From: Acidimicrobiia bacterium
Lineage (GTDB): Bacteria > Actinomycetota > Acidimicrobiia > Spongiisociales > ZC4RG35
NCBI GenBank assembly: GCA_965203555.1
Contig: CBDBCY010000004.1
Coordinates: forward strand, 768,001-832,000
Length of the DNA: 64,000 nucleotides
Direction: 5' to 3'
The translations under genes were made by a program, and so were the position numbers. Of the stretch, positions 39,873 to 48,507 are shown piece by piece (position 1 is the first letter of the stretch; each line of letters starts with the position of its first letter). The notes beneath the pieces were generated by a model that did not search any database, was not told the DNA's origin, and saw only the letters and a program-made list of their open reading frames with translations.

Positions 39873-42764
39873 TCAGTCAAACGATCCGCTGGGAGGAAGA
39901 GCTTCCTCGGCCAGTGTCGCGGCGATCTCGACCAGGGGCACAGCTCTTTTCTCTTGCTTTTCTCCGAAGCGGCGCAGTCCCACGGTGTTGTTACTGACAT
40001 CCTGATCGCCCACCACCATCACAACCGGGTGTTTGGCGGTCATTGCTCTCCGTATCTTCTCCCCCAGACGATCCGACGAAGCATCCACCCTGACCCGCAA
40101 ACCCATTGACTGCAGCTTGTCCGCCACCTGTCGCGCATAGTCGAGGTGACGGTCGGCCACCGGGTTGACCGTGACTTGGATCGGCGCCAGCCACATGGGG
40201 AATGCTCCCGCATAGTGTTCCACCAGCACCCCGAAGAACCTTTCTATCGATCCCGCCTTGGCGCTGTGAATCATCACCGGTCTTCGAAAGACATTGTCGG
40301 CGCCGGCGTATTCGAGACCGAAGTTGTCGGGAAGGGCAAAGTCAACCTGGATGGTGGACATCTGCCAGCGTCTCCCGATGGCGTCCCTGACGTGAACGTC
40401 GATCTTGGGCCCGTAGAACGCTCCCTCGCCCTCTGCCACCCGGTGGGATACTTCTCCCTTCTGCAGAGACTCCAGGAGGGCCTCCTCGGCTACCTCCCAC
40501 AACTGGGGATCTCCCACGAATTTGTCTGGTCGGGTGGAGAGATCCGCCTCGAATTCGGAAAACCCGAAGTCCTGCAACCAGCTGAGAACGAAGAGCAGAT
40601 GCATGTCCAATTCAGCCGGCAACTGTTGACGGGTACAGAAGGTGTGGGAGTCGTCCTGGGTGAAACCTCGGGCACGCAACGCACCGTGAATCACTCCCGA
40701 ACGTTCATAGCGATAAACCCCGCCCAATTCCGACAGACGGATCGGCAGGTCCCGGTAGGAGCGACCCCGGCTGCGGTAGATCAGCACATGAAACGGGCAG
40801 TTCATGGGCTTTACCAGGTATTCATCACCGCCGTCCAGAACCATCGGCGGATACATGTTCTCTGAATAGAAGTCAAGGTGACCTGAGGTTTCCCAAAGTT
40901 GGCTACGAGCCAAGTGGGGAGAGAAAACAAACTCAAACCCGAAGCGTTGATGGAGTTGGCGGCTGTGATCTTCCATCAACTTCCTTACCATCCCCCCCTT
41001 GGAATGCCATACCATTAGTCCCGCCCCCAACTGCGGGGGGAAGGAAAACAAGTCCAATGCGGGTCCCAATCTGCGGTGATCCCGTCGCTCGGCTTCTTCC
41101 AGACGGTGCAGATACTCCTTCAAGGCGCGGGGGGACTCCCAAGCCGTTCCATAGATTCTCTGCAATTGCGGTCTGTTCTCATCGCCCCTCCAATAGGCGC
41201 CGGAAGACCGAAGCAGTTTTACAGCTTTGAGTCTTCCAGTGGAAGGTACATGCGGACCGAGACACAAATCAACGAAACCGTCATTTGAGTAAACAGTTAC
41301 TTCCTCTCCTTCCGCCACTTCAGACGAATCGACCGACTCGATGATCTCCAATTTGAAGGGATGTGACCGGAACACTTCCAACGCCTCGGCCCGGCTCATC
41401 GATCTGCGTATGAAAGGCTGATCAGCAGCAATCAACTGATCCATTCTCTCTTCCAGGCGGGACAGGTCTTCGGGCGAGAAAGGCTGATCGATCCCGAAGT
41501 CGTAATAGAAGCCGTCTTCAATGGGAGGGCCGATCGCAAAGGTGGATCCGGGGAAGAGGTCCAGCACCGCCTGAGCGAGCACATGAGCAGCCGAGTGCCG
41601 CATTACGCGCCGACCTTCTTCGGTCCGGTCAGTGACTATCCGAAGTTTTCCGGACCTTCGAAGAGGTCGACCGAGATCCATCAACTCGCCATCAAGCTCG
41701 ACAGCCACTGCCGCTCTGGCCAGCCCAGGCCCGATCCGGCGGGCCAACTCCTGGCCCGTGATACCAGGTTCGCCCGTCCGGAGACTTCCGTCGGGCAATT
41801 CCCACCGAAGCGTCACGTCTCTTTCCTCAACTCGACGTAAAAGGGTACCCGCTCCCGCCGAACTCGAACGCTCATCCAGAGTCAGCAGATAGGAATGGTC
41901 GCTGTGATGATGCCGAAATCCCATGGACCGATACATATTCAGGGCAGCCACATTCCCAGCGTCCACATAGAGAACGCAAGCTCGGGCGTGATGGTAGGTA
42001 TGCATGTGTCTGATGCCCTCCAACAGCAACGCCTTACCCAGACCCATCCGCTGGTATCCCGGCACCACGCCGATCACATAAATCTCCCCGGCTCGGGGAG
42101 AAGGCACCTTGGTCCAACAGAATCCGGCCAGCACCTCGCCGTCCCAGGCCATTCTCAAACCCTCCGAGGAGAACCAGGGACGCCTCCGGCGGCGGTCCAG
42201 ATCATTCAACCTCCAATTCCCGTTCTCCGGGTGGCCGGAAAAGACCCGGTTGTTCCCCTCCAACCAGGCCTCCTCGTCAATCCCTTCCCGAAAACCCCTC
42301 ACCTCTATACCAGGAGGAAACCGCGGTAATGCGACCAGGGGAAGGGGGGCACGCATGTGATGCAACTCGCGTTCCAGGCCAAAGCCTGCCCGCTCAGCGG
42401 CGTCTGCCACCTGTGGAATATAAGCCCACAGGCGGATCCCCGACCCACCTCGGATCTTCACTTCGCGTCGCACGTTCTCCAAGAGTTCGTTAAGGACCGA
42501 CTCCATCCGGTAGTCGGGATGCACCGCCGCTTCCACAGTCCACAATCCCTGGTCTTCCTCAATGAAAGCCAGATACGACACAATTCCGCCGTCACCCTCC
42601 GCCACCAGCCCTGCAGTCTCGGCGCCCATGTCGACCGGAGGCTCCACCAGATAGAAGTGCTTTCGCTCTCCCAAAGCCGGGTGGAGATCGTGTTCCTCAA
42701 TGTCGGCAATCAACTGGCGCAGAGCATCAAGATCGGTCTGCAGATCTACGCTACGCAGGTTCAA
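39873..42764 (-). CDS. thrS: Threonyl-tRNA synthetase (39873..41816) fused in frame to an N-terminal MshD-like tandem GNAT domain (about 41880..42764)
   Basis: ThrRS motifs: RHSAAHVLAQA, DLCLGPH, RIYGTAW, KPMNCPFH, FTQDDSH, AFYGPKID. MshD-like motifs: HPENGNW, GFCWTKV, GEIYVIGV, GLGKAL, LYVDAGN. Confidence 0.93.
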   Translation of the reverse strand: MNLRSVDLQTDLDALRQLIADIEEHDLHPALGERKHFYLVEPPVDMGAETAGLVAEGDGGIVSYLAFIEEDQGLWTVEAAVHPDYRMESVLNELLENVRREVKIRGGSGIRLWAYIPQVADAAERAGFGLERELHHMRAPLPLVALPRFPPGIEVRGFREGIDEEAWLEGNNRVFSGHPENGNWRLNDLDRRRRRPWFSSEGLRMAWDGEVLAGFCWTKVPSPRAGEIYVIGVVPGYQRMGLGKALLLEGIRHMHTYHHARACVLYVDAGNVAALNMYRSMGFRHHHSDHSYLLTLDERSSSAGAGTLLRRVEERDVTLRWELPDGSLRTGEPGITGQELARRIGPGLARAAVAVELDGELMDLGRPLRRSGKLRIVTDRTEEGRRVMRHSAAHVLAQAVLDLFPGSTFAIGPPIEDGFYYDFGIDQPFSPEDLSRLEERMDQLIAADQPFIRRSMSRAEALEVFRSHPFKLEIIESVDSSEVAEGEEVTVYSNDGFVDLCLGPHVPSTGRLKAVKLLRSSGAYWRGDENRPQLQRIYGTAWESPRALKEYLHRLEEAERRDHRRLGPALDLFSFPPQLGAGLMVWHSKGGMVRKLMEDHSRQLHQRFGFEFVFSPHLARSQLWETSGHLDFYSENMYPPMVLDGGDEYLVKPMNCPFHVLIYRSRGRSYRDLPIRLSELGGVYRYERSGVIHGALRARGFTQDDSHTFCTRQQLPAELDMHLLFVLSWLQDFGFSEFEADLSTRPDKFVGDPQLWEVAEEALLESLQKGEVSHRVAEGEGAFYGPKIDVHVRDAIGRRWQMSTIQVDFALPDNFGLEYAGADNVFRRPVMIHSAKAGSIERFFGVLVEHYAGAFPMWLAPIQVTVNPVADRHLDYARQVADKLQSMGLRVRVDASSDRLGEKIRRAMTAKHPVVMVVGDQDVSNNTVGLRRFGEKQEKRAVPLVEIAATLAEEALPPSGSFD

Positions 42765-42866
42765 GAGTCATGACCTCCTTTGAATGGACCAATTGAATGG
42801 ACCGAGCGCGGATTGAGCAGACCCTCCAATGGCAAACCCTGAACCATTCCGATCAGCAGGAAAAAG

Positions 42867-42938
42867 TGGGCGCTACTGGGATCGAACCAGTGACCTCTGC
42901 CGTGTGAAGGCAGCGCTCTCCCGCTGAGCTAAGCGCCC
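42867..42938 (-). tRNA. tRNA-Val (CAC)
   Basis: GGGCGCTTAGCTCAGCGGGAGAGCG-CTGCC TTCACAC GGCAG-...GGTTCGATCCCAGTAGCGCCCA; CCA not encoded. Confidence 0.96.
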
Positions 42939-42973
42939 GCTTAAACAGAGAATGGTACCTTGATTACATTCCC

Positions 42974-43369
42974 TCAGGAACGGGTTCGGGCGATACCACT
43001 CTTGCTGAGCACGGCAGCAGCCACACCCATCTCCCGCCATGCCTTATAGGAAATACCCTTACGAGTGGAGTAAGACTTGGCCGCATTGACAAACTCTGCC
43101 TCCAGCGCATTGATATCACCCGGATCTTCCGCGCGACGTTTCTCAGCGTCGATCCGTTGTTGGATCAAGGCAAGTCTCTGTAACTGATCCGACTCGTTCT
43201 CAAGTTTCTCTTGCACTTCTTCCAGTTCCTTTTGAGGCGACTTCCGACGTCCTCGACGCCCTGCCGAGGAGTGCAGGGCCTCCAAATATGCACGCACAGC
43301 CTTCGTCTGGGCTCGGGCTGCGGCTCTCGCTGCCCGCACCTCTGGAGAAAGATTTCTCCGTTTATCCAT
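42974..43369 (-). CDS. Basic, helical/coiled-coil hypothetical protein
   Basis: Arg/Lys-rich with a central heptad-like region; GGAGAG upstream of the ATG at 43369. Confidence 0.75.
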   Translation of the reverse strand: MDKRRNLSPEVRAARAAARAQTKAVRAYLEALHSSAGRRGRRKSPQKELEEVQEKLENESDQLQRLALIQQRIDAEKRRAEDPGDINALEAEFVNAAKSYSTRKGISYKAWREMGVAAAVLSKSGIARTRS

Positions 43370-43722
43370 CCACTCTCCCCTTTCGTTGCGAAATTGAGAA
43401 ACAATAGTAGGTGCCTTGACAATCTGCTGCAAACCGTTGGATATTGTTTTACAAGAGCAAGTAATAACCTGTGATCCACTATCTAGAGAATCTCGGCGGA
43501 GTTCTTCTTCCTTTTATGGATAAGTTTCAGAAACCATCTAAGGTTTCCCAACCCTCGCCTTCGGAAAGCGGCAACCAAGTAACTTAGTGCGACACCAATA
43601 CTCCAGTCGACACAAAGGCTGGTCCCAAGAATGCGGTGGTGCCGAGCGATGCCCGCTAGGACTTGACCTAACGAGGCCGGCGCGTCACCCGGTTCGTGGC
43701 ATTACCGGGCGACAAGAAAGAG

Positions 43723-43794
43723 TGGGCCCTAGTGGAATTGAACCACTGACCTCTTCCGTGTCAAGGAAGCGCTCTTCCTCTGAGCTAAGGGCCC
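43723..43794 (-). tRNA. tRNA-Val (GAC)
   Basis: GGGCCCTTAGCTCAG...CTTCC TTGACAC GGAAG...GGTTCAATTCCACTAGGGCCCA. Confidence 0.96.
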
Positions 43795-43815
43795 CATCGA
43801 AAACACCCTTTGCGG

Positions 43816-43887
43816 AGGCGACGTCCGGAATCGAACCGGAGTAACGGGTTTTGCAGACCCGTGCCTAATCCACTCGGCCACGTCGCC
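43816..43887 (-). tRNA. tRNA-Cys (GCA)
   Basis: GGCGACGTGGCCGAGTGG...ACGGGT CTGCAAA ACCCGT...GGTTCGATTCCGGACGTCGCCT. Confidence 0.96.
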
Positions 43888-43920
43888 GCGCTCTTCCACA
43901 TCAGCGGAAAAACCTGGAAG

Positions 43921-43993
43921 AGCGGAAGACGGGGCTTGAACCCGCGACCTCAACCTTGGCAAGGTTGCGCTCTACCAGCTGAGCTACTTCCGC
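43921..43993 (-). tRNA. tRNA-Gly (GCC)
   Basis: GCGGAAGTAGCTCAGCTGGTAGAGCG-CAACC TTGCCAA GGTTG-...GGTTCAAGCCCCGTCTTCCGCT. Confidence 0.96.
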
Positions 43994-44018
43994 GGCTTGC
44001 GACCATTATAACTCGCTT

Positions 44019-44456
44019 TTACCATCCGGTGGACCCGAATCCAGCTTCGCCGCGTTCGGATTCGCTCAAGCGGTCGACAGCAACCAGGCGGATCGCCGGC
44101 ACAGCCACCACCATTAACTGGGCGATACGGTCGCCTCGGGCAAACCTCACGGTCTCCTGCGACAGATTGACCAGAATCACGGACACTTCCCCCCGGTATC
44201 CAGAATCTATCAATCCCGGACTGTTCACAACCCCGATACCAAGCCGGTCAGCCAAACCGCTGCGAGGCAGCACCAATCCCGCATATCCGTCGGGAATGGC
44301 CAGGGCCAAACCAGTCGGCAGCTTTTTGCGTTGCCCGGGCGCCAATTCCACGTCAACAGCGGTGGGAAGATCAAAAGCTGCATCACCCTTATAGGCAATG
44401 GTGGGCAAAAAGGCTTCACCTTCTATTTTTAGGACGCTAATATTGAGGTTCTGCAT
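44019..44456 (-). CDS. dut: dUTP diphosphatase
   Basis: DAAFDL, PRSGLA, PGLIDSGYRGE, RIAQL and RGEAGFGSTG motifs. Confidence 0.96.
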   Translation of the reverse strand: MQNLNISVLKIEGEAFLPTIAYKGDAAFDLPTAVDVELAPGQRKKLPTGLALAIPDGYAGLVLPRSGLADRLGIGVVNSPGLIDSGYRGEVSVILVNLSQETVRFARGDRIAQLMVVAVPAIRLVAVDRLSESERGEAGFGSTGW

Positions 44457-44548
44457 AGTGGATGTCGGGCGGACACCACCCAAAGTAGGTGCTGTTGCCC
44501 AACCTTGATTTTAGAGTCCAGCGGAGCAAGCCGCGGGGCAAGCATCTC

Positions 44549-45727
44549 ATGCCCAGCAAGCAGCGACGGCCCCTCCCCCGCGTTCGGGAGCACAGCCGCA
44601 AGGCGAGTCACGGCCGTCACGCCACCCTTCTGAGTCCCGACCGCTCAGGACACACCGACCGTCAATCCGTCGATGACACACCCGACCCTAACCGTCTCAC
44701 CGTCAATGACGTCACCACCCCCGTGGGTCCCAAGGCGCCTCGTTCCTCCGGAGTAAACGGGAATGACACCTCCGCCAACGGAACGGCCGGCCATCCTCTC
44801 ACTGCCGCCCCTGACGTGGTTGTTCCCACCGCCAACGGCAGATACAAGGCAACCGAAGAAACCATCCATCACATGTGGCAGATATCGGAGTCCGCCTCCC
44901 CTCACCCCCGTCTACAGCCAAGCCCATTTCATTCGCTACGGCAGATAACCGCCCACCGGACACGTTCCGGCTTGTGGGCCACCCTGGGGTTGGTGGCTCT
45001 GGCGGCGGCAATCACCGTCGCTCTTGTGATGTCTGTAGGAGGTCCGGGACAGGACAACCCCGACGTACGCGCTGCGGTTGGGGACGCCGCCGCCGTAGCC
45101 GCCGGATCCGTGGAAGATAGCCTTGCAACTCTCGAATCCCTTCGAGCCGGAGATTCATTCACGCCAGATCTGGTTTCCTCCATCTCCGCCCTGGGAGATG
45201 CTTCCCGCAATCTGGTGGAGTCGGCTGCGGCCCTCCCCACCGATGATTCCTCTTTGGCCGAGACTCGCATGTTGGCCACCGCCCTTGCCGGTCGCGCCTC
45301 ACGTCTGGGTGAAACCTTTGGAGCGGCTTTCTCGTATCGAGGGCAATTGGGACCGAATCTGACTTTCCCCGATTTGAACGCTCCACTGGAGATCTCCAAC
45401 CTCTCCGAGAACACCACGCTCTTGACAGACTGGCAATTCCGCCTTGAACAGGCGGCCTCCTCTCAGCCCGGCCAACCGCGGCTCTTACAAAACCAGCAGG
45501 CCCTCGAAGCAACATTGCCATACATAGCGGTGCATCGCCAGGCCTACTCCGACGCGGTGGGCAACGGTCAGTTGGAACAGGCCCAAGCAGCCCTGTTACA
45601 AATAGCCTCCCTGGTGTCGGCCATCGAACAGGACTTCGACCGGGCTTACCTTGAGATCGCCGAGATCGCCGAAGCAGAAATAGCCTCCTTGACCGCCGAC
45701 CTTCAGAATCTGATGACAGGGATGTGA
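44549..45727 (+). CDS. Hypothetical single-pass membrane protein
   Basis: Low-complexity N-terminus, one TM helix (LWATLGLVALAAAITVALV) and a long Ala/Leu-rich helical C-terminus; start uncertain. Confidence 0.7.
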   Translation: MPSKQRRPLPRVREHSRKASHGRHATLLSPDRSGHTDRQSVDDTPDPNRLTVNDVTTPVGPKAPRSSGVNGNDTSANGTAGHPLTAAPDVVVPTANGRYKATEETIHHMWQISESASPHPRLQPSPFHSLRQITAHRTRSGLWATLGLVALAAAITVALVMSVGGPGQDNPDVRAAVGDAAAVAAGSVEDSLATLESLRAGDSFTPDLVSSISALGDASRNLVESAAALPTDDSSLAETRMLATALAGRASRLGETFGAAFSYRGQLGPNLTFPDLNAPLEISNLSENTTLLTDWQFRLEQAASSQPGQPRLLQNQQALEATLPYIAVHRQAYSDAVGNGQLEQAQAALLQIASLVSAIEQDFDRAYLEIAEIAEAEIASLTADLQNLMTGM

Positions 45728-46008
45728 AGTACCTGACCGGGTTTCAGGACCTTTGATTGCAACCCGTTCAGCTTTACAAATTCCCTGACCACGACCCGAA
45801 GGTCAGCGCTCTCGGGCGCAAACCGGTCAGCGATTTCCCACAGTGTTTCACCGGGTTGAACCACCACCGATTGTATGTCACGCCTCCCCGGCGCGCTCAC
45901 CGCCTCCTCCTGGAACAGAAGAAGGACTGCGCCGACGACCAACACCAAAAGGAACCCCAAAAGGAGGGCTCTTAGACCTCTCCGAGAATCTGAGTGAATC
46001 GAACGCAT
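45703..46008 (-). CDS. TM + LysM protein, YneA/ChiZ-like SOS cell-division inhibitor
   Basis: TM helix followed by VVQPGETLWEIA...LNGL...LKPGQVLHIP; divergent from lexA across SOS boxes. Confidence 0.85.
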   Translation of the reverse strand: MRSIHSDSRRGLRALLLGFLLVLVVGAVLLLFQEEAVSAPGRRDIQSVVVQPGETLWEIADRFAPESADLRVVVREFVKLNGLQSKVLKPGQVLHIPVIRF

Positions 46009-46060
46009 GTTCGTTATGGTACAGAACATTTGTTCGATTACCAAATCGAACAAATGTTTG
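46000..46060. promoter_or_regulatory. Three Gram-positive-type LexA (SOS) boxes
   Basis: CGAAC-GCAT-GTTCG (46000-46013), AGAAC-ATTT-GTTCG (46023-46036) and CGAAC-AAAT-GTTTG (46047-46060). Confidence 0.92.
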
Positions 46061-46095
46061 GATTACCGATCGGTTGAGAGTAGGGTGGTCCAATC

Positions 46096-46731
46096 ATGAA
46101 CCGCCTAACTTCCCGACAGCGTCAAATACTGGATCTCATCAAAGAACGGATTGCCGCCCGCGGTTATCCACCCACTGTGCGAGAGATCGGAGAGGCGGTG
46201 GGTCTGGCCTCGCCCTCCTCCGTTCACGCCCAGATTTCAGCGCTGGTTAAGGCCGGCAGACTTCGTCGGGACCCCTCCAAACCGCGCGCCCTGGTTGTGG
46301 TCGAAAAAAGCCCTGCACCCTCTGCCCCGCTGTCTCCCGACCCCAAGGTCGGTCGATGGATACCCCTGCTGGGGACCATCGCCGCCGGGGACCCCACACT
46401 GGCCGAGGAAAACATCGAAGAGACCATGCATCTACCTGCCCGGCTGGTGGGCAGCGGTGATCTGTTCATGCTGGAAGTGGAGGGAGAATCCATGACCGGC
46501 GCCGGAATACTCCCCGGCGATCTGGTGGTGGTGAGAAAGCAACCTTCCGTGGAGAACGGAGAGATAGCCGCGGTCTTGGTGGACGAGGCCGAAGCAACCG
46601 TCAAAAGGGTGCGTTACCGGTCGGACGGAGGAATTGAACTGTGTTCCGAGAACCCCGACTTTCCGCCCTTCATTCCCGAGCATCCCCGGATTCTGGGCAG
46701 GGTGGTCACGGTGGTTCGCTCTCTCAGGTGA
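46096..46731 (+). CDS. lexA: SOS repressor LexA
   Basis: GYPPTVREIG, Ala-Gly cleavage site IAAG, GESM (Ser) and ATVKR (Lys). Confidence 0.97.
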   Translation: MNRLTSRQRQILDLIKERIAARGYPPTVREIGEAVGLASPSSVHAQISALVKAGRLRRDPSKPRALVVVEKSPAPSAPLSPDPKVGRWIPLLGTIAAGDPTLAEENIEETMHLPARLVGSGDLFMLEVEGESMTGAGILPGDLVVVRKQPSVENGEIAAVLVDEAEATVKRVRYRSDGGIELCSENPDFPPFIPEHPRILGRVVTVVRSLR

Positions 46732-46852
46732 CCCGGCGCCTGCACCGATCGCACTCAACCGGTAACTCTTCCAACTCCGGCAGAACCTTCCTCATCTTTG
46801 AGCGCCCTCGCTCACCGCTGCCGCGTAGCCGGGAATACCTGTCCCAGGGAGA

Positions 46853-47599
46853 TCAACCCATCCACTCCCCGCGATACACCAACCGGGCAGGTCCGGTGAT
46901 CCAAGACGTGCCATCCTCCAACTTCACCTGGGCCAGGCCACCCGCCAAACTGACCTCTACTTCGTCACGGGTGAGACCCTGGGCCAGACCCGCCGAGGCG
47001 GTGGCCACCGCACCGGTCCCGCATGCCGCGGTCTCTCCCACGCCCCTCTCCCACACCCGCATTGATATCCGGAGGGGAGAGTCCACCACTGCCATTTCTA
47101 CATTGACGCCGGCTTCGAACTCCTCTTGCATCGCCTCGGCGGTATTCGCCAAAGCAATCCCATCCAGTGCGTCCACCCAGGTGACCGCATGGGGATTCCC
47201 CACCGACACCAGTTGATATGCCCGATCACCGATCCAGCGTTGCTCCCCTACTTTCACCGGACCCAATTCAGCGGTCACATCGGCCCCTGATACCCGAACC
47301 CTGCGGGGACCCACCGGCGTATCCACTACGAACTCCCGGCTGGTCACCATTCCAAGATCAGTGGCAAGCCGGGCGACACACCGCAAACCGTTACCGCACA
47401 TCTCAGCCGCCGATCCGTCCGCGTTGAAATAGGTCATCTTGACCCGGTCGCCGGTCTTGGAAACCACCAGCACGCCGTCGGCGCCCACCCCTCTGCGCCG
47501 ATCGCAAAGGGCCGCAATCCGGGGAGTGGAAAGCGAGCATGGTCCGGTAACCACCACAAAGTCGTTGCCCAATCCTTCCATTTTCCAGAATCTCATCAC
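46853..47599 (-). CDS. dapF: Diaminopimelate epimerase
   Basis: GLGNDF, EMCGNGLRC, GNPH and ERGVGETAACGTG motifs. Confidence 0.96.
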   Translation of the reverse strand: MMRFWKMEGLGNDFVVVTGPCSLSTPRIAALCDRRRGVGADGVLVVSKTGDRVKMTYFNADGSAAEMCGNGLRCVARLATDLGMVTSREFVVDTPVGPRRVRVSGADVTAELGPVKVGEQRWIGDRAYQLVSVGNPHAVTWVDALDGIALANTAEAMQEEFEAGVNVEMAVVDSPLRISMRVWERGVGETAACGTGAVATASAGLAQGLTRDEVEVSLAGGLAQVKLEDGTSWITGPARLVYRGEWMG

Positions 47600-47611
47600 T
47601 TAACTCCCTCT

Positions 47612-48499
47612 TCAAACTCCCGAAAACACACTCCAGGCTCTGGCTACCAGTTCATTGGGATCGGAGGACCAAGGCAGCCATTGAATGCGGGGATCGCGAC
47701 GAAAGAAGGTCCGCTGTCTTTTGACCAAAGCCCTGGTGGCCCGTTCCACTTGATGAAAACCTTCCTCCTCGCCCATCTCACCCCTTACCACCGCCAGCAA
47801 CTGACGATAGCCGACTGCCTGCGAGGCCGTGGGACCCATTCGGTCGGCCAGGCCGGCTACCTCATCCAAGAATCCCTGCTGTCGCATCACTTCCAACCGG
47901 ACCGAAATCCGGTCTCCGATCTCGTCTCCGGGATCGAGTCCCACAGCCCGGAAGGGGATCATCGGACGGTAGTTCCGAACGTCGCCTCGGTCAGGTTCCG
48001 CAGCGCGTCGGGAAGGAGTCGCGCCAGTCAGGGCCAGCACTTCAAGGGCGCGGGCCACTCTCCGGGGATTAGCCAGATCCAGATGTCGCCCGGCCTGCCG
48101 ATCGGCGCACAGGAGCCGGTGGCGGGCAACTTCGGGAGTCAGTTGATCCATCTCAGCGCGTATCGCCGGATCGTGGGGAGCAAATATGAGGGGATCTACC
48201 ACTGACCGGAAGTGAAGGCCGGAACCGCCGCACAGAATGAGAGGGACCGTGGAAGCGGCGATAATATTTCTTGCTCTTCTCTGGCACTGCGCCGCGGTAA
48301 AGATCCCTTCGGGATCCACCACGTCGATCAGGTGGTGGGGGACCCGAGCCAGCATTTCGGGCGACGGCTTGGCGGATCCGATGTCCATTTCCCGGTAGAC
48401 CTGCACGGAGTCGACCGAGATGATCTCAGCCCCCAATCTCTCGGCCAACCCCATCGCTACATCGCTCTTGGCAGATGCGGTGGGGCCCACCACCGCCAT
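47612..48499 (-). CDS. miaA: tRNA dimethylallyltransferase
   Basis: GPTASAKS, DSVQVYREMDIGSAKP and KRQRTFFR motifs. Confidence 0.95.
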   Translation of the reverse strand: MAVVGPTASAKSDVAMGLAERLGAEIISVDSVQVYREMDIGSAKPSPEMLARVPHHLIDVVDPEGIFTAAQCQRRARNIIAASTVPLILCGGSGLHFRSVVDPLIFAPHDPAIRAEMDQLTPEVARHRLLCADRQAGRHLDLANPRRVARALEVLALTGATPSRRAAEPDRGDVRNYRPMIPFRAVGLDPGDEIGDRISVRLEVMRQQGFLDEVAGLADRMGPTASQAVGYRQLLAVVRGEMGEEEGFHQVERATRALVKRQRTFFRRDPRIQWLPWSSDPNELVARAWSVFSGV

Positions 48500-48507
48500 C
48501 AGCAGGC

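Noticed and set aside
42765-42866. T-box leader for thrS
   Set aside because: The region is too short and no T-box consensus or terminator/antiterminator is visible.
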